Positions 47,173 through 61,270 of a stretch of DNA of 64,000 nucleotides are shown piece after piece; the first letter of the stretch is position 1, and each line of letters starts with the position of its first letter. The stretch lies in the NCBI RefSeq assembly GCF_009914755.1, contig NC_060928.1. One strand, written 5' to 3'. This DNA is from the human T2T-CHM13v2.0 reference genome, Homo sapiens. The notes below the pieces were generated by a model, which saw only the letters and a list, made by a program, of their open reading frames with translations, did not search any database and was not told the origin of the DNA. The translations under genes and the position numbers were made by a program.

Positions 47173-50100
47173 GCACGTAAGGAGATAAGGTCTCTGTTCT
47201 CCTGTGGGTGACATTCCAGTATGAAGATAATTCTTAAGCACATATTTCATTCATTATGATAGTTTCTTAGGTGGCCACACTGATGAAATGCTTATGAATC
47301 CTCCCTTCAGAAGATACTAAGACTAGAGATAAAATAGTTGTTCATTGAGCATAGGCCCTGTCCTATGCATTCTGTATCCATCAGTACAGTAACTGGCACA
47401 TAATATTTGTCCAGTTAATATATGTTAAATAAGTGAATGATCTGTACATATATATAGTTACAACAGAAAATAAAGTGTTTAATCCCAGGCATAGAATAAA
47501 TTTAATTGTAGCTTAGACGAGTAAAGGTAACTAGTATTTTTTGAACAGCTACTGTGCATCTCAGTTAATCTGCATAACAATCCTTGGGGATTCATACTGT
47601 CAAATCTATAATAAATATGTAAAGAGCACAGATCAGAATCTAAACAATTGTTCATATAGCCAATAAGTACCAAAATAAAGATTTATATCCACATGTGTCT
47701 GAATCCAATGTTCCTATTCCTTTCACTACACCAATATTCCTGAAACTATGTCTCAGAAAAGAGTTCCATGGTCAAACAAGCTTGGGAATTTCTGTTCAAT
47801 ACACCCTCCTCTACAAAACTCAGAATGCCCATCCATATATTGAAGGCATTGGTCAGAAGTTCTGTAGTAAAGAAGTCTGTTTAGTACAGATTAGCATCAT
47901 TTTCCCTCAATTTGTTAAACCACACAGCCCTACAGTCAACGTAGCCACAGAAACTCACCTCATCATGGCTCTCAGTATGGTTTTGTTTAGCATTCTCTAC
48001 ATTGATCTACTGAATAAAAATAGTCCAAAACTTAGAAAATTCTGGAAATCCCATGACAAAAGGTATAGTGAAATATTTCAGATGGACAGATTGAGGGACC
48101 ATGGCAAAGTGGAATATTTGAGATTGACACTGAAACAAGGTTTGGGTTTAAAGATTTAGAGAAAGGAATCAAAGACACTTCAGGAAGAGAGAATAGCATG
48201 AAGCCAAAGAGCAGAGATGAAAATGCATGGAGCACTCTAGGGGAGAGTAGTTTACATTCATTGAGTAAAGGAATAAGTGTTGAATTAGATAGAAGAGAAG
48301 ATTCATGAAGAGCTGTGAATGGCAGCTAGGGAAGTTGGTTCTTTGGAGCAGTGAGATTGTGAAAATTGTAAATTGGTAAAATGACAGTTTTGAAAATGAC
48401 ATGCTGCAGGAAGATTAATTTGTCTCTATGAGTAAACAAGGATACACTGACTTACTTTAAAGGAATTTTAATAATTTTAATTTTAATTATTATTACAAAA
48501 TGGTTTTCAGATCTTCGATCTTACATCAAGTCATTAATCATAAGTGTTAAGAGCAATATCCTTATTGACCCTCTAAAAACACTGTCTGACAGTGGAAACC
48601 AGGTATATGTATCCAGAATAATAATTACTCATCCTCATGGGCTTTCATTTTGCATTTATTCCAAATGATTTGAAAACAAGCATTAAGAGCAATCACTTCT
48701 GAGTGACTACCACTTAACAACAGTTCACACATAGTATGTTCTATTGAGGATTGCTATTTGTTTATCTTAAAAGCAATATGTTTCATAATCTTAATGCAAC
48801 TTTAAAAAGCATACTATAAAGATTCATATGTTTAAAAATTCCACTCACCCAGGACAATTATTATTGCAACTAGGTGACTGAAAACATATTCATCTAACAC
48901 AAAACAACCTAGTGATTTATTGAGATAAGAAAGTAAATTCTGCTCTGTACGTATTGGCTGACTTTTGGCAAATCTTAAATTCATCAAACCTTGGTCTCCC
49001 ATCTTGTGAAATAAGACTAAAAATGTGTTTGTCTTGCTGCATTGTGAGAAAAGGAACGAAATAACAGTTATGAAAGTACTTGAAATCCATAAAATGTCTT
49101 TAAAATGTACTGCATCATAATTATCTTGTGAATAAAGCTGTATTCTATTCACAAAATTATCATTTGAGGTACTATAAAGACTTAGGAGGGGAGAAGAGCA
49201 CCACTAATTGAAAACTATATTAGTCACATACCCAGATGAGAAAGACATGACTGGTTTGGGGAATTTTCAGTGGACTCGGGCAAGTCAAGTCTGAGTGAAG
49301 ATTTCAGTTGTTCAGGGCAATGCAGATGAGGCTAGGTTCTTTAGAAATGGATTCTGAACACTAGAAATGAGTTCAGGGGAGTTGCCTTTAAGTTTCTTCT
49401 CCTTCAGCCAAGCCACCTGGAATTTTGCTAATCCTCCAGAACCCCACCATCCTGAAGTGTAGATATAGCGGAGCTATCCTGACATGAAGAATCAAAGTGC
49501 ATAAGGTCTACTTATTTTGACAACCACAATGCTTGCACAGCTCCTCTATCAGGCATTCCCTAGATCCCTATTCAATAACACAGGTGAGGCAGAGACATTA
49601 AGCAATTGAACAGAAATTACTAAGTAGGTTAGTTCTGACTAATTTTGGACAGAATAAGCTAACATCCATATTTTAAAAAAGATATAAAATTCATGAGTAT
49701 AATCATGTCTTCTGGAGGCTTCCTTCACTTTCCAACTAGAATGTGAGCCCCCTCAGGGAGCTCTCTAGCTGCTATTCAAGGCTCTTCACAAATCAGATGT
49801 CACTTTTCTGTGGTTTCAGTTTTATCTCTTGCAAAAACATCAAAACATGATTGACTGTAAAGAAAATGATAATGGTACTTAAACACTATGACCTAGTATT
49901 TCACGTCAATTTGTTCAACATTTATACTGGAAAATACATTTTGAAAAATATTGCAAACATGAAATTGTGAAAATAATATTTTGTCACATAGTAAATTCCT
50001 CTGCATTTTGAGGCAGTTGGGCATAATATTAAAATCAAATATTCAGATATTTGAAAACCCTCAGAATTAATGGAAATCCGTCTTTGTGTATCTAAAAAAA

Positions 50101-51562
50101 TGTCAAATTAAAAATAAATTTTAATTGTTTGGAGGTAAGCATTGGATCATGGTAAAAAAGCAACAAAGTTTCATGGACTTTATAAGTATTTTTTTCATTC
50201 ATTTATTCAATAGGTATTTACTGAAAACCTACTGTGTGCCAAGCATATTATATTCCATATCATTTAAGTCTGTGTTATGGTAAGCTGCTGTAACATTTAG
50301 ACACCCCCTACTCCCAAGATGGAATGGCTGAAACATGTTAGAATGGTACATTCATTGTCATAACAATCTTAGGAAGGTGACCTTGTTCAGGGCAGCTCTT
50401 CCTGCCTTAGTCAGGAGTGAACCCAGATTCTGAGTATTTTTGGAACTTGTAATGTCTTTATGTCTATTCTACACTAGCATTACAAAGAAAAAAAAGAAAA
50501 ATGATTGTTTCCCACTATGAGCTCCAATTCCCTGAGACATTTATGTAACTGTATAATATTGACAATCGAACAAACAGCTTCAATCATGTCTATTCATATC
50601 TCCAGGCAAAGTTTTGTTCTTCTTCCTTTATTTTACAAATGTATTGCTTCAAAGGACACATACTTTTGTGGATAAACAATTTCCACTAGAAGAAGAACAG
50701 GAAAGGTAGCTATTTAATATATGCAGTTAGAGCCATGAGGTATGGATCATAGTAAATAATATTTTGCAATGATACTAGCACTAATAAAGATGATGACATT
50801 TGCATGATTAGCTATGTTTTTAGTAAAGGAAAATTAATGGATAGGAATATTTAGCTTGAAGGATACATACAACATGCTGACAAACAAAACTGAGTTTCAG
50901 CATAAAAATGGATATATTACACAGAGAGTATACATAGGCTCCTAATGTCTCTGTGTGCATTTGTATGCATATTATTCATCTAGTATTTTCTTTTTACTTC
51001 CAAGTTGGAATGCATTTACTTCATATCTTATTATAAGCCCATTTGGTAACACTTCTGTCAGATTTCAGTTGCATATTCACTGTTGAATAAATCAGTGGTT
51101 AATAAATGTCCTTGGAAATGTGTTTAGAGATAAATAATGAACTGCTGTATCTGATCATTAAGTGTACATCAAGCTCACATTTTTACTCTCAGAATCCTAA
51201 AAGGAAGATAGCATGACCTACTATATATGTACATGGAAAAAAGGGAAATAATTATAGAGAAAACATGTAAAAGGAGCCTGGTTTATTACTCTTAAATGGG
51301 TACATGATAGATCAAAATAAATGTTATTACAACTGATCAAAAAATCCTACTGCAAAGGAAATAATAAATAAAGATGGAGAGTCAACCTGTCCATCATAAG
51401 TGCTTTTTGTTACAAAGCCAAGGACTTGGAGTGTGGACCCAACCCCACAGCATGCAAAACCGTGGGGCTCTCAGGATTCCAAGCCTAGCATCCCCACCCT
51501 CTCATAGGCGCTTCGGAGCTGACCGCAGGCACACTTTTAATTTGTGGCAAGATGGTCTGACA

Positions 51563-53211
51563 AACAGCTTGGGAGGACAGCAGAGGTGAAAATACAGATC
51601 AAGTGCAGATAAAAATATGTTCACCTTGAAAAATACAAACAAGACTTTTAGGTAATAATGCACAGGGAAATACCTATCAAAAAATGAGAAGAATAGAACC
51701 ACTGCTTTCTCATTAACAATTTTCACAATCCCTTTTAGCTTGTATTCCAACTTCTGTCCATAATCCAATATCTGCATACTCCTTACATCTATACTTAAAT
51801 AATATAGATTTTTGTCCCCTGTACATATCTTATAAATGTCAATCCATCCCACCTCAAAGTTTCTTGGTATTCAGCAAGTTTTTTAAAAAGTCAATCATGT
51901 AGGAGATCCTTTAGCAATACTTCAAGGTATCATCCCTATAAAAAGTGAAGAGGGATCTGAGGTCCTAAAAAGAAAAATAATGACAGAGAATGGCTGTAAT
52001 TTCATATGTTCCTGATGGAAATCTCACTGCTCAGAAAAAAAAAAGAACACATATGCCAAAATAAAAGAAAAAAAAAAAGCAAAAATAAAAGGGAATGGGA
52101 CCACATATAACCTTGCCAAAGGTTCATGTTTTACATAAAGCAGCAGTTGGGACTTCACAAAGGAAATCTCTGCACTTTTTATTTCTGGTTCAGAGGATTT
52201 ACATGCTCTTTCTAATGATCTGGGCCTTCAGCACTGGGTAATGTCTCCCAGTGCCCAGCTTAGCGCTCATGCAAAATTGAAGCACTTTGGAGGCAGTTTA
52301 GTAGTTGCAGATGAATCTCAATGTGCAGGAAAAGGCATAATGGCTGTTTAGCACTTGCTAGGAGAAGCTGAGGAAATCAGGGGGAAAAATCTATTGAATT
52401 CAAGCCATCTGGGAAGCCAACTGAGAGCGGCTGCATTAACAACGTGTTTACATTCCCATTGTGTTGCTAGGCCAAGCAAAAATAAGTGTGTGCGTGTGTG
52501 TGCATGTGTATATGTGCGTGTGTAAAGGAAATTATAAAGTGAAGCTCTTTTGATTGTATTGGCTATTTTGGTTTGGCTTTGGCAACAATGTGGAGAAAGA
52601 ACTTGTATGAGAAACGTGGCAATGAGAATGAGACGGAATGGCTGTCACAGTGCAGGGGCTGGCAAGGATGCTGTGAGCAGGAGGAAAATGAGCGCTATGC
52701 AGAGCCAGGCTGAGCAGTTCTCTTCCTGTCTCTGGCCCCGAGTAGAAGGCAGCAGACTGGGGGAGGCCTCAGAAAGCTGATAAAGAACACTAGGGAATGC
52801 TTTCATTGCCTGTTCCATTTATAGTTACCTTAGAAATACCGACCAAATGAGGAAAAACAGCCAGGTAAGTAAGTGCCTTTACTTTCAACCCCCACCACTC
52901 CTACTCGGTCTCTCCACCATCACTTCCCTCCTGCACTGTCATATTAAGTGATTTTTTTTCTTGACAAATGCTTGGTGGCTGTAGTGGGCTGAATGCGGAA
53001 TGGTGTCCCACAAAGGATATGTCTATGTCTGAATCCCTGGGACCTGTGAATCTTACTTTGTTTGACAAAAAGGTCTTTGCAGAAGTCATTAGTTAAAGAT
53101 CTTGAGATAAGGAGATGAACAGCCTGGGAGGACAGCAGAGGGGAAAATACAGATCAAGTGCAGATAAAAATATGTTCACCTTGAAAAATATAAACAAGAC
53201 TTTTAGGTAAT
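51563..53211 (+). repeat. Dispersed direct repeat of 94 bp (51563-51656 and 53118-53211)
   Basis: Manual alignment gives 3 mismatches in 94 bp; both copies yield the peptide YLKVLF.FFKVNIFLSALDLYF in the ORF track. Confidence 0.95.
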
Positions 53212-53515
53212 CCAGGATAATATCCTGGATTATCCAGGTGAGCCCAGAATCCAATGACAAGAGTCCTTGGAAGAGACACACAGAGAGGAAGACAGATGTG
53301 GAGGAGAAGGTGACGTGAAGATGGAGGCTGAGATCGCAGTGATGGAGCTGGAAGCCCAGGAGTGCCAGGGCAGCCACCATAAACTGGAAGAGACAAGAAA
53401 CAGATTTTCCCCTGGAGCTCCCCGAGGAGGGCAGCTCTACTGGATTTCAGACTTCTAGCCTCCAAAACCATGAGAAAATATATTTCTGTTGTTTTAAGCC
53501 TAGGAGACAAATGCA
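52980..53515 (+). mobile_element. MLT1C-like MaLR LTR carrying a foreign insert of about 100 bp
   Basis: tgtagtgggctgaat...gtgacgtgaagatggaggctgagat...tttctgttgttttaagcc...atgca; TSD-like gtggc/gtgac. Confidence 0.85.
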
Positions 53516-54204
53516 GTGACTAAGGGCACTTACTGTCCATTCAAAGCCTGGATGCAGAAATCTGATAGAGCAAAAAGGTGAGAAAAAACTGTCTGCCATG
53601 CAGTGTTTTTCTGGTTTCACAAATGCCCCCCGAATGGGTGTGGAGAGGCAGCCTCTTAGTCACTGAGGTCACTTCATACAGAGGGCATCATTGTCCAGGG
53701 TCATCCAGGGTGTAGCTATAAAAAGAGGCATGCCATTCATTGCCTGCCATTCCTGGACTTGCCTTGTACAGAACATTCCCCTGGGTTTTGCCAGTGAAAT
53801 TTTAATTCACTTAAGCCTGAGAGTTCCCCACACTTCCCTCAGAAGGCTGCTATCCTTCTGCTTTAGCAGTTTAATAGGCAGAGACAGGGGAAAGGATATT
53901 GAAGAAAGCAGGAGCTCTATCCATGTAACTCTATACCATAGGACTACCAAGGGGTTTCATGAATTTATTCTCAGAATGAGAGGAAAGCCTGAGCAAATCG
54001 TAAAGCATACTCGTTTTCCCCCATCTCTCTTTTCCCTCCTCTCTTTCACTCCCTCCAGACTGGAATATCCTTAAGTGCAGTAATCAAGTCTTGGTTATGT
54101 CTCTACTTACAGCACCAAGTAAAGTATCTAGGTCATGGATTTTGAACAGAACATCTATGTACTCCCTCTCTGCCACACTTTTACAATAAATAACATCTCT
54201 CTTG

Positions 54205-54385
54205 TACCCTGGTTTTCAAGCCTGGTTGTACATTAGCATTACTAGAGAGCTTAAAACAAACACAGAGGAAAAGCTATGGCCTGTTCCCAATTAAATTATT
54301 ATCTCTGGGGCTGGGGCCAGGACCTAGGTGTTTTCAAAAGTCCCCCCTGGTAACTGTCAAGTGCAGCCAGGGTTGACACTTCCTG
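54205..54385. mobile_element. MER5A-like
   Basis: ggttttcaagcctggttgtacattagcattac...atctctggggctggggccagg...gtgcagccagggttga. Confidence 0.65.
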
Positions 54386-55142
54386 CCCTAATAGTTCCTT
54401 GCGGCTCTTGCCTTCATGTTCTGGAAACTTTCTTCCAGAACACAATTTTTATAATCAGGTTAAGCCTTTGATGAAATTAGAAATGAGTCCAAGGCTCCGT
54501 CATCAGAATTGCTTTTCATTGCAAGATACTGTATTTCCTACATGCTGTGCTTACTTTTTTGCCAGACCCTGATAGTTGGCAAATGGTAGCGCTCATGTTA
54601 CATGGGCTGGTTTTTATATCTCCAAAAGGTACTATTTAGAGGATCTGGCAAGAATGGATATTTCAACAGGCTTCCCCAGGACTGGTCTGAGAATCACTAG
54701 CTGAGGGAAGACTCAGGACTGATGGTAAACACGGGGGAAGACAACATGATCCAGAGCTATTTAGCAATGTCCTCCCAACTCAAGGGTTCACATTTGATTG
54801 TTCATCGATTGTGGAAATTTTTAACTAAGAAGTTCTCTGTTGTGTTTTCAAAGATGCCAAAAAAATGATAGGGTGGGGAGAGAGAAATAGCATCAAGATT
54901 TTGACCAAATTATTGAGAGAATAATGGGTACTAAGATTTAGTGGTACAGAAACAAATAGAATGGAACAACAGCCTGGATCATTATCTCATAATTACCAAC
55001 CAGTTTACTTATATTTAGCACAATAGGTTCAGACACCCAACAATAATATTTAAATTTTAGGAGAAAAGCTATGCTCTTTTGGAAGCGGACCATCTCTTTT
55101 AACCATACATTGTTTCTTAAACTTCTTTTAAAATGATGCTTA

Positions 55143-55530
<388 letters not shown>

Positions 55531-56078
55531 TTAAACCCTTCACATACTTTAGCCAAAGGTTAGATTAAAAAGTACAATATGGCTTTTAACAATTGTTCTA
55601 TTCTCACTTTGAAGTGGTCATATTAAAACTCAGGCCACAGCATATGCACGGTTGCTGAGCATGTGGCAAAATTGCTATAGCAACACAATCACTAATTTTG
55701 CTCCTGAAATGTCCGTTTCAGTAGCATGTTATCTGGATGAAGAACGGTCCTTGGACTCCTGCTTCTTATTGTAGCCTCTGCGTGGGCCTGAGGGTGGACA
55801 CGATTTGATTTTTTCTCTTCTAAATTTGGAAAAACACACACATGTGTGTCTGTACTTACATATCTACTTATATGCATATTCTTGATTAAATTGTATTAAT
55901 CAGTGCTTTCATCTTCACTGTGGAAAGGAAGAGGAGTTATGTGTTACAAGTAACCTTGCCCTAAGTGTTAATTGGCAGGGGAGAATTCCTTTATGTTTCT
56001 TACAGTAAAAACTCTCACTGTATATAATTTTAGAAAATTTCTCTTTTCCCCTAGTGAAACACAACTTGCTAAAATTGC

Positions 56079-56831
56079 ATTGAAAGGTGTAATATTTTCT
56101 CACCTTTACTTTGCAATCATGTTCTAGACCATATGTGTGCAATAAATATATGCTAGTAAAATTTTCTATACAGTATGAAATTCAAACATTAAAAATCTTC
56201 CCCATGGGATATAATTAAATTAAAATTACATAGTTCTGCAAATAGGATATAGTCGGGGTGCTCTGGAGTACATACAGGGTCTATAATACTGATATTTGCA
56301 AATATTGGAATTACCAAAAATGAACAAATAACAATAAAAATAAAAACTTCATGACAACAATAGATTAGAAACAAAAAGAATCTAAATGTGTAGCCTAAAA
56401 ATTTTCAATTTTCTCTTCTTTTTGTAAGTCAGAAAAAGAATGAAAACAAAAACGTTTATACGCAGAAGGTGAGCCCAAATAAGTCAGCTAGCAGAGATTC
56501 ATCTGCGTGATATAATAGAAGCAACTGCAACAAATACATAAGTTCTAGAACTCTGATCTAACTATGTTTTTGTAATTGCAGCTGAGTTTATGTTGGCCAT
56601 GTTAGCCCAGGTGTTTAAAGACAAAGTCAATGTGAAATAAGGATGAATCAATTGTGAACACTAATAAATGAAAAATAAGCTGAACTATATAGTTCAGTAT
56701 CCCATGGGGAAGATTTTTAATGTTTGAATCTTCATACTGTATAGAAAATTTTAATAGCATCTATTTATTGCACAGATATGGCCTAGAATATGATTGCAAA
56801 GTAAAGGTGAGAAAACATTACACCTTTCAAT
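56079..56831. repeat. Inverted repeat: arms 56079-56211 and 56698-56831, 486-bp spacer
   Basis: Manual alignment gives 6 substitutions and 1 single-base indel over about 134 bp. Confidence 0.93.
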
Positions 56832-57697
56832 CCGGGACAATTGATATTCTGTTATGACTAACCAGCAACTACCATCTTGTGACATTATCAGATTAACTCA
56901 GTGAAACAGCCTTCATGTACTACATGGGTCCTTATCAATTTTCTATTTTTATTTACTCAGCCCTGGGGCCAGCCTCATACTGAAAAGAAAAATTGTTAGT
57001 TTCTGGTATTGAAATAAGTACCTCTGAGAAAGAAATCAAATAAATAATTGATTTAAATTCCAGAATCATTTATCTTCATTGGCAGACAACTGTATTACAG
57101 ATATAAAGCTCCATTCTTGCCAAGGCAATACTCCCACTGACTTAAATAAAAAATTATGGAATGAGGTTCAAGTAGAGTTTTCAAATTTTATGCATCATTT
57201 ACTAAAATTTAAGCAAAACCCACATAACTTCCTTTTGAAATTGTTCACTCTGTTAATGAGAACTGAATTTAAAATGATTACATGGAGAATAACAATTGGT
57301 GTGATAGGTATATTTATTGTATAAAGTAACTCTTCTTACAGAAGATTAAGCTATCTTTATGTATTCCTCAAATTACTTATTCATGAAATATTCCAAATAC
57401 ACACTGTTGGTTTGTCTCACTAAATTTCAGTTCCACAAATTTAGTAGGATGAGTAGCTATAATCTCAGAAAATAAACTGTCATTGATCATTGCCTGTGCT
57501 TAGCACCTTGTTATAAACTACAGAAAAGAAAAAGCTTTACAAAATATAAACTATACCATACCATTCCAATCTAGTTGAAGAGACAGAGATTACATATATT
57601 ATATATACATGCACATCTATTAATATATGTATACATAAATATAACTTTAATAAATAACACATGATATTGAATATAAGACTGTGATTTTTGCACTTCA

Positions 57698-58045
<348 letters not shown>

Positions 58046-58749
58046 TCATATGAATTATCAAAATATTTCCACAATCACCATGAATGTAATGAAAATGGAA
58101 GTACAAATAACAGAAATGAGGACATATTTACCTATGACTTGGGTTTATATATAGAAAGATTCATTCACAGTACTGCATTTGAGATACTTCTTTAAGAATG
58201 AGTAAGATGCTGACAGAGGTGGAGTGAAGAAAACTATGGTATAAGGGATAGTTAATTCATTCAAAATGTATTTGTTGAGCCCCTATTAAGTACCCAACAC
58301 CATGTTAAGCAGGAGCAGGAACAGTAAAAAACACAGACACGACCCCGGATTTCATGGAGCTTTCTCTTCAGCTATAATGTTTAGACTGAAGAGGGGAGAG
58401 ATGTGATAATTGTCTTTTTCAAGTTATCTAAGACTAATAATAAGAGGACAGGATGTGAACAAACTTATTTTCTGAAGTTCCATCTGACGTAAGTAGGTCC
58501 ACAAAGTCAAGATAATAAAAAATTAGTTTCACTCAATTTAATGAAGAGCATGCCAATAATTAATTAAGCTGAACTAAATGACTGCCATAGTTCTCAAAAC
58601 TTCATGTTTCTATGATTATAATGCTCAAAAGGGTAAAGAAAAGAGTAGGCATCACTTGATAGAATTTATACAGATCTCCCGTAGTTCCCCTTTGAAAATG
58701 TGTGAGCAGCATTTCCTAAATCATCTCCTGGTGTGACATTAAGATCTCA

Positions 58750-59160
<411 letters not shown>

Positions 59161-59166
59161 CTAATA

Positions 59167-59630
59167 CAGAGGTCCCCAACCCCCAGGCCAGGGACCAGTA
59201 CTGGAACCAGGCCACATGGCAGGAGGTGTGCAGCAGGTGAGGGAGCATTACATCCTGAGCTCTGCCTCCTGTCAGATCAGCAGCAGCATTAGATTCTCAT
59301 AGGAGCACAAACCATATTGTGAACTGCACATGCAAGGGATATAGGTTGCATGCGCCTTATGAGAATCTAATGCCTGATGATCTGTCACTGTCTCCTATCA
59401 CCCCCAGATAGGACTGTTGCAGAAAAATAAGCTCAGGGCTCCCATTGATTCTACATTATGGTGAGCTGTATAATCATGCCATTATATATTACAATGTAAT
59501 AATAATAGAAATAAAGTGCACAATAAATGTAATGTACTTGAATCATCCCTAAATCATCCCCCTCCCACTTTGCGGAAAAATTGTTTTCCATGAAAACGGT
59601 CCCTCCTGCCAAAAAGGTTGGGGACTGTTG
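59167..59630 (+). mobile_element. MER1A hAT-Charlie element
   Basis: Termini cagaggtccccaacc / ggttggggactgttg; perfect 8-bp TSD tgctaata at 59159-59166 and 59631-59638. Confidence 0.9.
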
Positions 59631-59645
59631 TGCTAATATACATTT

Positions 59646-59994
59646 GCTATGGTCTCATTCATATCCCCTCAAATTCGTATGTTGAAATACTAACTCCCTA
59701 GGTGATGGTATTAGGAGGTGGGGCCTCTGGAAGGTGACTAGGCCATGGGGGCAATTGTCATGAAGAATGAGTTACTGCTTTTATAAAAGAGGCAAGAGAG
59801 GCACCCTTTGCCCCTTCTGCCATGTAAGGACACAGCAAGAAGGCACCATCTAGAAGGAAGCAGGCCCTCATCACACAATGAATCTGCTGGATCTTGGATT
59901 TCCCAGCCTCCAAATCTCTGAGACATAAATTTCTGTTCTTTATAAACTACCCAGGCTGTGGTATTTTGCTACAGCAGCCCAAATGGATTAAGAT
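59646..59994 (+). mobile_element. MST/MLT1A0-like MaLR LTR
   Basis: tgctatggt...gtgatggtattaggaggtggggcct...ggacacagcaagaaggcaccatct...gcagcccaaatggattaagat. Confidence 0.85.
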
Positions 59995-61059
59995 GACTTA
60001 ACACTTTCTCCAAAACGGGAATATAATTACTACAGTGTTTCCTAAATTGGCTGCAAAGCTTTTGTTTTCTTGTTTTCCAAAATAACATCTATTAAGAACT
60101 TATAAGACACTGGTGGTTTGTTGAAGACAGTTTAAGAGGAAAAACCATATCGGCTTACTATATAAGGCATGTGGTAAAGGTGAAACTATGGGACAAAGCT
60201 AGAAAGTTTGATTAGGAGCCAATTATACTGAAGACTGAAGATAAGATCAAGCAGGATGTGCTTTATTTCATGGACAAAGGGAAACCATTATATATTTTTA
60301 AGAGGGGGAATGACAACCACTTGGAAAAACCATTTGAACGCTTGTTTTTTAGGCCTATAACTACTTGGAGAATAAACTGCTGGAAAAAGAAAAAGGCCAA
60401 AATAAAGAAGATGTAGGTGGCTATTTAGATAATCAAAGAGCTATATATTAAAGAGTAGAAGGGGAGTATAAGCAAGACTTAAAACAGAAGGATAATTTGA
60501 AAATAAATTGGCAAGACTTGATGATCATTTTGCTTGTTGGAGTGAAGGATGAAGCTGAGATTTTAATTTTTGGTGCCTGGATGGAGAGAAGAGGTATCTG
60601 AAACAGGAATACAAAAGGAGGAAGATTTTCAGTGTTCCCACTCCTGCAACAAATGGGGACTTGAGTAAGCACAGTATACCTAAGTCTAGGTTTTGATTAG
60701 AAGCAATTCACTTAAATTTATGCCCAATTATAGCTTCTCTTCATCAATTCCTTTTTTCCATTAAGGCTGACTGTTTGCTAATTGGCCAAAGAGCAAAGGC
60801 CTTCAAGAATGGAAAACCAGACCCTAAGCACTAGCTTATGTTATTATGTTAAAGAATCACAAAGGTCTGCATGTGGAAAACCTGACACAAGGCAAGGAAG
60901 GCAAATAAAACATGAAAAATGCACATACAGCTGACACTCTGAAGCAGCCCTTCTCTTCCTGGGAAAACAAATAATTGTATTGCATAGCTCTTTTTTAGAC
61001 TAACTGTTCTGTGTTCAGTAGTTATGGTAAAATTTAGGGAGACACCAGGCGCAGGGCCA

Positions 61060-61270
61060 AGAGCAAAGGTTTTGGAAGCAGAGAGCTCTGGGTTCATATC
61101 CTGGCTGTGTCACTTCCTCATTAAGTGATTTGAGGCAAGTTTGTTTCTTCATCCTGCAGAGCCTCAGATTCCTAATTTACCAAAGGAGAATCTTAGAAAT
61201 TATCTCATAAGACACTTGTGATGACTAAAGAACAGAATACATGTAAGGTGCTCAGTATAAGGCCTGGAAC
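61060..61270 (+). mobile_element. MIR
   Basis: ctgggttcatatcctggctgtgtcactt...gtgatttgaggcaagtt...gagcctcagattcc...atgtaaggtgctcag. Confidence 0.7.

Noticed and set aside
56079-56831. Inverted repeat as a novel MITE
   Set aside because: No TA or 8-bp TSD, no CAG/hAT- or mariner-like termini and no second copy in the window. A local inverted duplication explains it better.
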